DNA of 64,000 nt. Source: an uncultured Verrucomicrobiae bacterium (GTDB lineage Bacteria; Verrucomicrobiota; Verrucomicrobiia; Limisphaerales; UBA11358). The notes under the pieces are model-generated. The model did not search any database. It was not told the DNA's origin and worked only from the letters and a program-made list of their open reading frames with translations. Position 1 is the first letter of the stretch. Each line of letters starts with the position of its first letter. A program made the translations under genes and the position numbers. The stretch is taken from assembly GCA_963797825.1 (NCBI GenBank), contig CAWCRR010000047.1, positions 108,060-172,059 of the forward strand, read 5' to 3'. Shown here one piece after another: positions 9,732-19,198 of this stretch.

Positions 9732-10076
9732 TTATGGAGATGTGGTCAATAAGAATACGACATATGCCTTGGCGCCATTTTTAAACAACGACATGGGAAT
9801 GGATACATGCTCGACGTCGTATTTGGCGTGGATGCCTTCGCGGATCAGGGCATTGCCACCGTCAATCGCCGGGCGCACCAGGGTGAACATTTTGCTTTCA
9901 TCGTTCACATAAATTTCCGTGCGGCCATAATACGAACTGGCGTAGGCGATGGTCAGCGTGGCCTTGCCGCTCGGCGGCGCGTTGGTGAGATTGAAATGGA
10001 CCCGCCATTTCCACGGCGTCCACACGCCATCTTTCAGGTATCCGCACTGGCCGCGACTCTCTGCCCAAAACGCCGT
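9732..10076 (-). pseudogene. Fragment resembling the C-terminal beta-sandwich of PL4 rhamnogalacturonan-lyase-like proteins
   Basis: Only the last ~115 aa of ORF 9732..10343 look protein-like: ...TPWKWRVHFNLTNAPPSGKATLTIAYASSYYGRTEIYVNDES...DGGNALIREGIHAKYDVEHVSIPMSLFKNGA. The upstream part overlaps the preceding gene in another frame and has no credible start. Confidence 0.3.
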
Positions 10077-10756
10077 GCGGCCCGCTGTTGGAAGGCATAG
10101 GCGGCGCCAGCCGCCAGTAGTGGAATCATTCCCCGGTACCATGGCATATGCAGAAAACTGTAAATGGAAGTGCCCAGGCCAAAACCCAGGGAGAAAATAT
10201 GAGTATCCGGGTCGAGCCTGGTGTAGGTAATAACTGCAATCATCGAACAAATGGCACAGCAAATCGCCATCCACTTCAGTTTTACCGCCACGTGTCGCGC
10301 CAGCCAACAGAACAGGAATGTCGCCAGCGCAATTGCGAGACAATCCATGTATTGGACCGCCGCGGCGAAATAAGGGTTGCCGCCGGCAGCATGAAGTTTT
10401 TTTGCATCAAAGCCAAAGCCCAGCCCGGATACCAACAAGAACTCGAGGGCCAGGAACAGGAGCCAGATCACCGGATAGGCCAGGACCGGCAGCAGGCCGA
10501 AAGTGACCACGTAGTGCCGCCCCCACCAACTCGATCGCCGCACGGTTTCCATCATTTGCTCTGCCACGGCCAGCGGGTCGCCCAGCGACGCATTCGCGCG
10601 GGCTTCCGCCTCCGCTTCGGACAAGCCCCCGGCCAGGCCGGCTTGTTTCAAATCTTCACGGTGCTCAGCCACTTCCCGGACCAGCCGGCGGACATGAGTG
10701 ATTGGACAGCCCAGTTTCAGCAGTTGCGCGCGCAATGGTTCAATGAAATCACGCAT
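10034..10756 (-). CDS. PadR-associated polytopic membrane protein (permease-prefix-type N-terminus)
   Basis: 240 aa. The N-terminus ...LVREVAEHREDLKQAGLAGGLSEAEAEARANASLGDP is followed by 5-6 TM segments. It overlaps the padR stop by 8 nt. Confidence 0.55.
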   Translation of the reverse strand: MRDFIEPLRAQLLKLGCPITHVRRLVREVAEHREDLKQAGLAGGLSEAEAEARANASLGDPLAVAEQMMETVRRSSWWGRHYVVTFGLLPVLAYPVIWLLFLALEFLLVSGLGFGFDAKKLHAAGGNPYFAAAVQYMDCLAIALATFLFCWLARHVAVKLKWMAICCAICSMIAVITYTRLDPDTHIFSLGFGLGTSIYSFLHMPWYRGMIPLLAAGAAYAFQQRAARRFGQRVAASADT

Positions 10757-11168
10757 ATTTTTCCTCCATCAAAAGCGCGACGCCTGACGTCACGCGGTTC
10801 CATTCGCTCGTCAGGGCTTCCAGCCGTTTCCCGCCCCGGGCGGTGAGCTTGTAATAATTGCGGCTGCGGCCATCCACTTCCTGGCGGCGGCTGCTCACGA
10901 GCTTTTCCGCCTCCAAATAATGCAGATAGGGATAAATGCAACCTTCGCCGAAGGACAGCGCCGTGCCAGACCGGGTCCGGATTTCCTCGACGATCTGGTA
11001 CCCATACATTTCCTGGCGGGCCAACAACCGCAGCACCAGCAATTCCGGGACCCCATTCAAAAAGCTGGGATTGGTTTTCTTCATTCCGGCCATCATACCT
11101 ATAACTGTGATGCTTGTCAACATAAAATTAAACCCTTCCTTCGTAGGATGCGATTGGATGCGCGGCAC
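10749..11168 (-). CDS. PadR-family transcriptional regulator; start uncertain, possibly the ATG at 11084
   Basis: FLNGVPELLVLRLLARQEMYGYQIVEEIRTRSGTALSFGEGCIYPYLHYLEAEKLVSSRRQEVDGRSRNYYKLTARG is the PadR winged-helix signature. Confidence 0.85.
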   Translation of the reverse strand: MPRIQSHPTKEGFNFMLTSITVIGMMAGMKKTNPSFLNGVPELLVLRLLARQEMYGYQIVEEIRTRSGTALSFGEGCIYPYLHYLEAEKLVSSRRQEVDGRSRNYYKLTARGGKRLEALTSEWNRVTSGVALLMEEKYA

Positions 11169-11201
11169 CGTGAGCAGGCGAACCGCGTCGGGGCAGACTA
11201 A

Positions 11202-11984
11202 TCAATTTTGCGCGGGGCGGGCGTAAACTTTCAGGTCCTGAAATTCAAAACGTGCGTCATCGGTTTTTGATTGCACATAAATTCCGATTTTATCCAGCGT
11301 CTTGTTTCCCTTCGCCACCACCCATGACCCCGCATAGTTGCCATCAAGATAGTAGCTGAAGGTTGCGCGGCGGCCGTCAGCCGAGTCGAAATGGACCCCG
11401 AGAATATGCGGCATGTTCCAATCAAACGTCACAGGCCGCCCATGATCATCGAAGGCAATCGGGACCCACGTGGTTCCGTTCCAGGCGAGCAGTCCGGACG
11501 GGCCACTCGTCAAATCGCTTCCGACCCGCAACTGATCAGAATCAAATAGTTCGACGCCCAATCCGCCCTCGTCGCTCAACCGGCGCAGGGTGATCTCAAA
11601 ATAATCGCCGGCCCGCAAGCCTCGGCCCAGGATGGCGGGATTGGCCAGATTCAGCGTCGCCGATCCCCACGGAATGTCATGGCCACTCGGAATGTCCAGG
11701 CGCAAGCTATGGTTTAAAATTTGTTCATTGACCAATCCGTAGTGCGCGGCTTGCGTCCATCCCCGCCCGAGATTCTTCCCGTCCGGCCGGTCAAATTTGT
11801 CTTCAAAAACCTGGACCAATTTTGATTTGATTGCCGTTGTCGGATTCTTTTCCGATGGCGAGCCAGGTTGAGCCGCGCGTAAAGGAGCGGCCCAAAGGAG
11901 CAGGATTCCCAGAACGATTAATCGCGGCCCGCAAAACCCTGGACTAAAAAACTGCGCAAAATACATTCGGCAACCTACACCCAT
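11202..11984 (-). CDS. Secreted hypothetical protein
   Basis: ORF track. Signal peptide LIVLGILLLWAAPLRAAQP. No recognisable catalytic motif. The start is probably the ATG at 11966. Confidence 0.45.
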   Translation of the reverse strand: MGVGCRMYFAQFFSPGFCGPRLIVLGILLLWAAPLRAAQPGSPSEKNPTTAIKSKLVQVFEDKFDRPDGKNLGRGWTQAAHYGLVNEQILNHSLRLDIPSGHDIPWGSATLNLANPAILGRGLRAGDYFEITLRRLSDEGGLGVELFDSDQLRVGSDLTSGPSGLLAWNGTTWVPIAFDDHGRPVTFDWNMPHILGVHFDSADGRRATFSYYLDGNYAGSWVVAKGNKTLDKIGIYVQSKTDDARFEFQDLKVYARPAQN

Positions 11985-12010
11985 GGCAATTCCTATTCAA
12001 TGGCGATTCC

Positions 12011-13840
12011 CTACTGCGTGACGACCCGGTAAAAGCGCGTGGTGAACTGGCTGGAATACAGATCCTCAAAATCATAATCGCCGCTGTCCCCGTCTTGAAA
12101 CGGTGTTCCCACAGTCGTCCAATGCGTCAGGTCCGTTGATGCCTGCACCACATAATTGAGGGCCGGGTCCGCCGAAAATTCCAGCACCGGTATTTGATTT
12201 TCCTGGCCGATGGCGAGGTCGGTGACCGGTTCGGCGGGGTGGCCATAAAGATCAGGAATCTGGTAAGCCCGATAACAGGTATATCCAAGATAACCCACCT
12301 TGCTGTCGCCATAATTAAAAAACGAAAGATCAAAGACCACCTGCGGGATCGGGTCATGGGTATATTCGATGAGCCGCACCATCGTCGCATTCGGGGCGTA
12401 TGGGTCGGGATGAACACCGTTGACGTAGTTCACATAGCCATAGGCGGCGAAGACGTTTCGGGTTTGGGGAAGCCATTGCACCCTTCCTACGATTGGAGTA
12501 AAGAGCCGGTCCTGATTCGTCTGCCACGCCGAATTCCATACCTCGGATACCGTCATGTTGGTTTGATTGATGCTGTATTCCACAGCGCTGGTGTAATTGC
12601 TCGGGTCCGCCACCGGGGGGTCGAAAGGGCTTGACTGGTAAATGTCATCGTTGAAGACCATCAGGGTGCCCTGGGGCGTGAGATACGGCGCGTGCTGGCC
12701 ATAGTTCCAATTGAACGGCGTGCTCGCCGGCGTAAGCAGATATTGCTGCCAATTCGCCCCCCAAAGCTCATGCGGCCCCAGAATCCATTCCAGTTGCCCC
12801 GTGGACCGCGAGAATTTGTAAACCGTGTTCTGATCGCGCAGGGAAACAATGATGGAATTGTCGTTGGTGTCGTCAATCAAGGCGTTGGCATGCTCGTTGT
12901 CTATTCCATTGGGAGCGCCGGAAAACTCCCCATAGGTCAGATAGGTCACCCGCGTCGGGTCCAGCACCGCCAGCGGCGACCACTCGTTCACGAGCGCCGA
13001 GTTGGTATAGGAAATTTCCACGATCGGATTGTCGTCAACGTTGGTCTTTACCAATAAGGGAGGATTTGAATTGGTATCATTGGCCGGGAAATTGGAAACC
13101 ACTTCAGTGACATCGCTCAGGTAGAGGATGGTTCCATGGCTGGTGACGATCCCCTCGTGCAAATCGACTGGATAATTCACCGGCGGAGCCCATGTTCTGA
13201 CCGTTTGTCCGAGCATATTCACTTCAATGAATTCATTCGACGGCGGATTTAGTTGCAGGAACAAATCGCCATTGTCCATTTGCCGCACATCCGCATAGGC
13301 GGAAATGGAGGCGCTGGTCGGAACCGGGCTATACCAGACCACGTTCCCGAAATTATCCAGGATGGCGATGTAGTCGCCAAGCCTGGTATAAGCGGTATCA
13401 ATGACCATCAACATATATCCCGGCTCCATTTCATCCGGTTGGTTGGTCAAGACCGTGTAGGTGGGAAAGTTTGCGGGCAGGGGCGGGCTGACAAACGTCA
13501 ACAACTCCGGCGCGATGGCCGCGTTTCGATTCCTGTCATAAACCGTGACCTGGATCAAGTTCGCCTGATTGGACTTGAAGCCAAGCAGGATCTCTGAATG
13601 CGTCGTGCCGTAATCGTAATAATCCTTTTCCCAAATGCTGGTCCCATCGCTGACTAGAACGCTGATCCTTGAATCCACGTCCGTGCTCAACTGCAATGTT
13701 CCTGCCAGCGGCGCATTCGTTGCGGGGGTAAACGAAGGTCCCGACAAAATGGTTACCGCGTAGGCCCACGGTGAAATCGTCAGTACGACTGCCGTCCAAC
13801 ACGTGATTGCGAACCTCCGCGGTAAAAAATGATGATTCAT
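12011..13840 (-). CDS. Secreted aryl-sulfate sulfotransferase (ASST)-family beta-propeller protein with FYR-type C-terminal module
   Basis: 609 aa with a signal peptide. ASST-like blocks: DLHEGIVTSHGTILYL, DNEHANALIDDTNDNSIIVSLRDQNTVYKFSRSTGQLEWILG and WNYGQHAPYLTPQGTLMVFNDD. It ends ...THWTTVGTPFQDG...TTRFYRVVTQ. Confidence 0.65.
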   Translation of the reverse strand: MNHHFLPRRFAITCWTAVVLTISPWAYAVTILSGPSFTPATNAPLAGTLQLSTDVDSRISVLVSDGTSIWEKDYYDYGTTHSEILLGFKSNQANLIQVTVYDRNRNAAIAPELLTFVSPPLPANFPTYTVLTNQPDEMEPGYMLMVIDTAYTRLGDYIAILDNFGNVVWYSPVPTSASISAYADVRQMDNGDLFLQLNPPSNEFIEVNMLGQTVRTWAPPVNYPVDLHEGIVTSHGTILYLSDVTEVVSNFPANDTNSNPPLLVKTNVDDNPIVEISYTNSALVNEWSPLAVLDPTRVTYLTYGEFSGAPNGIDNEHANALIDDTNDNSIIVSLRDQNTVYKFSRSTGQLEWILGPHELWGANWQQYLLTPASTPFNWNYGQHAPYLTPQGTLMVFNDDIYQSSPFDPPVADPSNYTSAVEYSINQTNMTVSEVWNSAWQTNQDRLFTPIVGRVQWLPQTRNVFAAYGYVNYVNGVHPDPYAPNATMVRLIEYTHDPIPQVVFDLSFFNYGDSKVGYLGYTCYRAYQIPDLYGHPAEPVTDLAIGQENQIPVLEFSADPALNYVVQASTDLTHWTTVGTPFQDGDSGDYDFEDLYSSQFTTRFYRVVTQ

Positions 13841-14294
13841 GATGTTTAATTCAATTAAACAGCCGGGTTAAGTGTATTTGTTTCGTCCGCGAACCATCGC
13901 GGCCTGTTGAATATCCACCCCTGAATTAGTCTATTTCTGACGAAAAAAGTCGCAAGTTTTTTAATTCTTTGCGTGGGCCGAGATGTGAAAATGTCTGAAA
14001 AATTCGTCTGCGATTGACCGTTCTCCCCCTTCTCGACATTGTCGGTATTCGCAAGGACAATTGGAAGTTTCCATCTTCCATCTCAAATCGCCGCTCATTC
14101 GGTTACCAACAAAAATGCATTTGCAGCATTCCCAGCGAAAGTAAACCTGATTTACCGTTGGTTCTAACGCACTCCTCACCAAATTTCCTCAGGCCACCGC
14201 GACGGAATGCGCGGAGTAACGGGTTCAAACCACGTTTAAGGTCTCGACGGGCAACCGGTTGCCACCCGGCGATGCCGATGCGAACCGATTCAGT

Positions 14295-15647
14295 TTAAAA
14301 AAGACTTGGGCTTACACGGTAGTAGGCCGATGGGTAGTTGGCTCTATCCGCTGACACGCTAAATAAGAGGTTGCTGCCGGTCCCTTTCGATTCAGGCACG
14401 TTCTGCCAGTTTGGCGGGTTTATGCTTGTGCTCCGCTGCAGTTGGTAATAGCGGCGTGCTGAGGTGTACTGAACATTCACGGCGAAATTGGTACTCCACG
14501 CCAGCCCCAGGCCCGTGGCCGGATTCGTGGGACACGTGTCGAGCAACCAGTCTTGCAAAACCGTTCGACCGTCGCCGCCCAGTTGCTGCGATTCCACGCT
14601 ATCGTTCGTTGATAACCCGTAATATATCAACCAGGAGAATGGAATCCCATGGGTCGTTGATTGCGCGAGGGCGTATATTGATTTGTCGGCGGGATTGAAA
14701 GCGTAGAGGACGTTGGTGTGGCTGTCGAAGATCATGATCGTGGTCGAAAACGGCATATTTGTGATCTGAGTGGCATTGCCATGAATCGGGAAGGTCGTCG
14801 TATCCCAAATGTTGGTCTGCCCGAAAGCGACCGAGCCATCGCCGTTGAGAGCGTAGATCTGTTCCGGGAACTCGCCAATCTGGTCGGCAAAATTCGTTGC
14901 CGTAAACATTATTTGTCCATACCCCAGGTAATGGCTGTCTCCAGAAACCGAGTAATTGTCGTAATCCCAACCGTAAGGGTATGGGCTATAATACGCCGTA
15001 TCAAGCAGGGCAATCGTATCTGTCGCTACATCAAAATCTCCCATGGCGCCGAGGTTTCCGGTGTAAGCATATTGCCCGAATAGATGCGTTTTATCCGCAG
15101 AGATCACCATCCGGGTCTTAATATAGTTAAAAGCCCCCAAATCCGTCGCGGTATCGGTATCCACTGAATGAACTTCGTTGCCATCATTGTAATAAAGACG
15201 TCCGGAACGACCGGCAGTAACGTACACCGCGGAGACCAAAGTGATAATGGAATTGGCGAGGGTCTGGTTGGTAAGAGCCACCACGCCAATGCGCCAGGAG
15301 CCGTACAGGCCGGTGCCCGGCCCTTGGTTCGCGACATACAGGAAGTTGTCCGACGCGTCTATGTCCAGATCCGAGGGGCTATCTCCTACATAAATGCTTT
15401 TCGAGACCGATGCCGTGCGAAGGTCGATAAACAGAACCTCGCTGTTCACCTGGTCAATGGCATAGAGCCATGGGCGGCCAGGATCGGGCCGCATCCACAC
15501 GACATTTTCTCCCAAAGGGATTTTTTCGCAGATTGCCCAGGTGGCCCCGGTCGCGGTGAGGCTTATCAGCCCAAGCGCCGCGCCAACAAGTGGAGCCAAG
15601 AGCCGTCGAAAAGGCGATCGGCGTGTAGAAACTTCGTTAGTGCTCAT
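14295..15647 (-). CDS. Secreted beta-propeller (YVTN/YncE-like) protein with FYR-type C-terminal module
   Basis: 450 aa with a signal peptide. Contains ...IYVGDSPSDLDIDASDNFLYVANQGPG... and ends ...PPNWQNVPESKGTGSNLLFSV...SAYYRVSPSLF. Confidence 0.55.
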   Translation of the reverse strand: MSTNEVSTRRSPFRRLLAPLVGAALGLISLTATGATWAICEKIPLGENVVWMRPDPGRPWLYAIDQVNSEVLFIDLRTASVSKSIYVGDSPSDLDIDASDNFLYVANQGPGTGLYGSWRIGVVALTNQTLANSIITLVSAVYVTAGRSGRLYYNDGNEVHSVDTDTATDLGAFNYIKTRMVISADKTHLFGQYAYTGNLGAMGDFDVATDTIALLDTAYYSPYPYGWDYDNYSVSGDSHYLGYGQIMFTATNFADQIGEFPEQIYALNGDGSVAFGQTNIWDTTTFPIHGNATQITNMPFSTTIMIFDSHTNVLYAFNPADKSIYALAQSTTHGIPFSWLIYYGLSTNDSVESQQLGGDGRTVLQDWLLDTCPTNPATGLGLAWSTNFAVNVQYTSARRYYQLQRSTSINPPNWQNVPESKGTGSNLLFSVSADRANYPSAYYRVSPSLF

Positions 15648-15801
15648 GCGGAACCTTTCTGTCGATGCGGCAGATCTAACACCGTGTGGCTCGAGCGTTT
15701 CGCTCAGATTTATTTTCCGTTATGCAACTTCCCAGAATTGCATATTGCACAAATAAACCTCAACCTTCGTGGAAAAGTATGTCAAAAAAATTGGGAGATT
15801 G

Positions 15802-15847
15802 TCAACCCACATTTTTTGACACCCACATTTTTTGACACCCACATTTT
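15802..15847. repeat. Three tandem copies of a 16-bp unit (gacacccacatttttt) in a divergent promoter region
   Basis: tcaacccacatttttt (15802..15817), gacacccacatttttt (15818..15833) and gacacccacatttt (15834..15847). The array lies between the divergent genes 14295..15647 (-) and 16040..17452 (+). Confidence 0.9.
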
Positions 15848-15866
15848 CCGGCTTCGCCTTCCCGTA

Positions 15867-15960
15867 TCATTCCACCGTGACACTCTTGGCCAAGTTGCGC
15901 GGCTTGTCCACATCGCATCCGCGCGCCACCGCCGTAGTCTGTGAACAGTGGCTGGAAGCC
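15867..15960 (-). pseudogene. Displaced 3' fragment of a second glmS allele
   Basis: The reverse strand reads ...[20 protein letters not shown], identical in protein to the end of the intact glmS (20916..). Positions 15867..15929 align with 20916..20978 at 56 of 63 nt, and all 7 differences are synonymous third positions. Homology decays beyond about 15930. Confidence 0.8.
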
Positions 15961-16039
15961 GTAACGAACGGTCCGGATTTATGCCCCGGCTTTGAACGCC
16001 ATCATCGTATTTTGAGTCTTAATCAGTAATCCTGAATCT

Positions 16040-17452
16040 ATGAATAAGGCATTTTATTGGTGTTTGATTGCGGGCCTGCTTTGTTCCAACGCCGCCATCG
16101 GACAATCATGGCAAATCCATGAGTGGGGCACGTTCACGTCCTTGCAGGACGAATCGGGCCAGGCCATCGGCTGGATCAACACGGACGATGAACCGGTCCC
16201 TTCGTTTGTTCATAGCGATTTTCTCCCAATCCTACCGGCCGGTGCGCCGGTTCCCGAACTCTTTAAAGGACTGCCGCGATGTCATCCTGATGTGACTATG
16301 CGATTGGAAACGCCGGTCATCTATTTTCATCCTCCGGCGGGAGCACACAATGGCCAAAGCGCCAGCGTTCAGGTAAAATTTCGTGGAGGTTGGTTGACGC
16401 AATTTTATCCCGATGCCATACCCATTTCGCCGGGTTTGACGAACGGCTTTCATTTACGCTCCGATACCGTGGGCACTCTTGCATGGAACAACCTGCAAGT
16501 GGGCGGCGATTGGCCGCTCACGGAAGCCACCGAAGATAATGTTTGGACATCCCCACGCAACGTGGATGCATCGTTGGTACAGAATGACAGCGGTGAAAGT
16601 GAAAAATTTTTGTTTTATCGTGGCGTCGGCCACATTGATTCTCCCCTCAAAGTCAGTCGCGACAGCGTCGCCGATGAACTGGTATTTCACAGCCAGATCC
16701 CGGACCTGCCCGGAGACTCCTCCTTAAAAGTTGATTTTGCCTGGCTGGTGGATATCCGTCCGGATGGCCGCATTGCCTTTCGCACTCTCCCCGCGTTTGC
16801 CCTCAGCCATGATGCCAACGATACCTTGCTGCGCACTCCCGCCACCTTCACGCCGGAGAATTTCAGCGCCGGTAATTTGGAAGCGTTGAAAAGCTCGTTG
16901 AAATCGGCCCTGGTTTCCGAGGGCCTTTTCCCGGACGAAGCCCAGGCCCTGTTGAATACCTGGCAGATCTCTTATTTTAAAAGTCCCGGCCTGCGGGTAT
17001 TTTTTCTCGTTCCCCGCGAATGGACCGATTTTTACCTGCCGTTACAGATTTCCCTCCCGTCCCAAATCAATCGCGTGATGGTTGGCCGCATCGAGGTGGT
17101 GACGCCTGAGCAGCGGGCCAAATTGCGAAAAATTTCGGAATCGTCTCCTGTCTCCATCAGCAGTCAACAACAACAATTTTTGAAAGCTCTGCCTCTGGCC
17201 TTGGTAAATGGTGGTCCCAATTCGTACCAACGCCTTATGGAGGGACAAACTCCGCTTTCCAGTGTAGTTTCCATCCCGCCAAGCTACCAAACCTATCTGG
17301 ACCTTGGCCGGTTTCGTAATGCCTTGCTTCTGGATGAGGAAAAGAAATGGCCCACCCCCGGCCTGAGAACGTTTATTAATGGCTATGGCTTAACGGGCTA
17401 TAAAACCGACGAAAGTTTCTCCGGCAAGCTGACGAGTATCACTCCGCGGTGA
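16040..17452 (+). CDS. Secreted hypothetical protein (470 aa)
   Basis: ORF track. Signal peptide MNKAFYWCLIAGLLCSNAAIGQ. No recognised domain. Confidence 0.55.
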   Translation: MNKAFYWCLIAGLLCSNAAIGQSWQIHEWGTFTSLQDESGQAIGWINTDDEPVPSFVHSDFLPILPAGAPVPELFKGLPRCHPDVTMRLETPVIYFHPPAGAHNGQSASVQVKFRGGWLTQFYPDAIPISPGLTNGFHLRSDTVGTLAWNNLQVGGDWPLTEATEDNVWTSPRNVDASLVQNDSGESEKFLFYRGVGHIDSPLKVSRDSVADELVFHSQIPDLPGDSSLKVDFAWLVDIRPDGRIAFRTLPAFALSHDANDTLLRTPATFTPENFSAGNLEALKSSLKSALVSEGLFPDEAQALLNTWQISYFKSPGLRVFFLVPREWTDFYLPLQISLPSQINRVMVGRIEVVTPEQRAKLRKISESSPVSISSQQQQFLKALPLALVNGGPNSYQRLMEGQTPLSSVVSIPPSYQTYLDLGRFRNALLLDEEKKWPTPGLRTFINGYGLTGYKTDESFSGKLTSITPR

Positions 17453-17500
17453 CGCCTTGGCCAAATTTCTCGGTTTTTATTCATTCCGGCGAATGATCAT

Positions 17501-18205
17501 TCAAAATTTGTTCCATTTGCACTGGTGTAAAGATCTTTTTTGCAGCGTCAACGAATTCAATTGATCCGGCATGGTAATTTTGGCTAAAAACACGCACATT
17601 ACCGATCCTCCTTTCATCTTCTCAGCCAGACGGAACTCAATATTTCCCTCCGGAAATTGCGCAACCAGATATTTGGTGAATTTGCTGGTGCTGGCAAACG
17701 TGGCTCCTTTTGCTTCCAATCCGTTTACAATCCCATCCAGAATGAAGATGGCCCGCCGCATTAGCTTCTTGGACACCCACAAATCAAAATGTCCATCCTT
17801 TATCTGAACCGGCCCATGTTAAACGACCGCTGCGTCTTTCATGTCAGTATATTGAGCGTGGACTCGCCGGTGCAATTGGCGAACGTCATCAACTGCGGAT
17901 GGTTCGTGCGTCGCCATGTGTTTTGGACGATCAACTGGACTTTTTTCTATAGGCGCGGACCGGTCAAGGGGTGCAGCATCGATTGATGTCTGGCCAATGG
18001 GCGGCAACGGCTCGCGCTCAATCGACCAGCTGCGGGCGACGAGTTGCCAGTGCCCCGAACCAGGTCGCGGTATATTCATTTTCTGGCAGGCATTGGCGAT
18101 CTTGTTAATGGTAACGCCCCATTCTGTGGACAGTTTGCTTAGCGGTTTTTCCCAGACTGCGTTGTAAAGGGCCTGACGCGTGATTTTTATTTTCGGAGTG
18201 CTCAT
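17501..18205 (-). pseudogene. Hypothetical gene split by a single in-frame TAA (17819..17821)
   Basis: ORFs 17819..18205 and 17501..17782 are in the same frame. Translating through the stop gives ...DMKDAAVV*HGPVQIKDGHFDLWVSKKLMRRAIFILDGIVNGLEAKGATF... The N-terminus ITRQALYNAVWEKPLSKLSTEWGVTINKIANACQKMNIPRPGSGHW recalls a family I have seen in mobile-element contexts. Confidence 0.5.
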
Positions 18206-18434
18206 GGCGAGAAATTCACTTGCCGGGTTTCATTTAGACTTCTGAATCTTCATGGGTTCTTTTCCTGCACAATTTCTATTCCAACTTGATCATTCGTCCA
18301 GATCCAAATCTTCCCTCTCCCATCAACAAATGAAATTAGCATGCAGGGCGGGCGCAGTGGGCCTGAAGCGCATTCATGGGCAAGCTGACCACTGACTCCA
18401 TCGTTCCGCCGGGAAGGGAAAAGGAAAACCATAA

Positions 18435-18995
18435 TTGACAACTGAGAAAATGCGCGGCGACAATGCGTCTGTGCAAAAGAACAAGACCGTGCTGGCATTT
18501 TTGGACGACATTTATGAAGACTTGGAACTGTGGTATCCAAAGCTGAGGTTGGAGGAGGCGGGTTATTCGCTGAAGTGCGCCGCGCCGGAAATCAAGACTT
18601 TCGCAGGCAAGCACGGTTATCCTGCGCAGGCGGATTTGCTGCTGAAAGATGCGCGAAGCGAGGATTTTTGCGGGTTGCTCGTGCCAGGCGGCTTCATGCC
18701 GGACAAACTGCGGCGCGATGCCAGGGTGCTTTCCCTGACGCGAGAATTTTATGAGGCCGGCAAGTTGGTGGCATTCATCTGCCATGGCGGGTGGATTCCA
18801 ATCTCAGCCAAAATTCTGAAGGGGAAACGCGTCACCGGCTCGTTGGGCATCAAAGACGATTTGGAAAATGCCGGGGGCATCTGGGTGAACGAGCCGGTGG
18901 TAGAGGACGGCCACCTGATCTCCAGCCGTACCCCGCGTGATCTCCCGGCGTTTGGCCAGGCATTGGTGCGCTTTCTCGACACACACTCGCACTGA
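18435..18995 (+). CDS. DJ-1/PfpI-family protein (class I glutamine amidotransferase-like)
   Basis: ...VLAFLDDIYEDLELWYPKLRLEEAGY...GLLVPGGFMPDKLRRD...GKLVAFICHGGWIPISAKILKGKRVTG...VEDGHLISSRTPRDLPAF, with the nucleophile-elbow Cys in ICHG. Confidence 0.85.
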   Translation: MTTEKMRGDNASVQKNKTVLAFLDDIYEDLELWYPKLRLEEAGYSLKCAAPEIKTFAGKHGYPAQADLLLKDARSEDFCGLLVPGGFMPDKLRRDARVLSLTREFYEAGKLVAFICHGGWIPISAKILKGKRVTGSLGIKDDLENAGGIWVNEPVVEDGHLISSRTPRDLPAFGQALVRFLDTHSH

Positions 18996-19198
18996 AGTTT
19001 TAGACCTTACGGCTTTTTTGTCTTTTGCGGGAAGGACCCCAACGTTTGAAGCGTCTTGCCTCACCAATCTCCCCCTTTGCCAATCGCACCCTCTCGCGCG
19101 AGGACAATGTAGTATGCGAGCAATTCCCGGAGTGCGCCTTTCCAAGATTCTAAAAAATAATTTGTCTGATTTTGCGGTGGGCGGGCGTTTAATGTTGA

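Noticed and set aside
15802-15847. CRISPR array (also considered for the heptamer tracts)
   Set aside because: The repeats are directly tandem with no spacers, the units are 7-16 bp, and there are no cas genes in the window.
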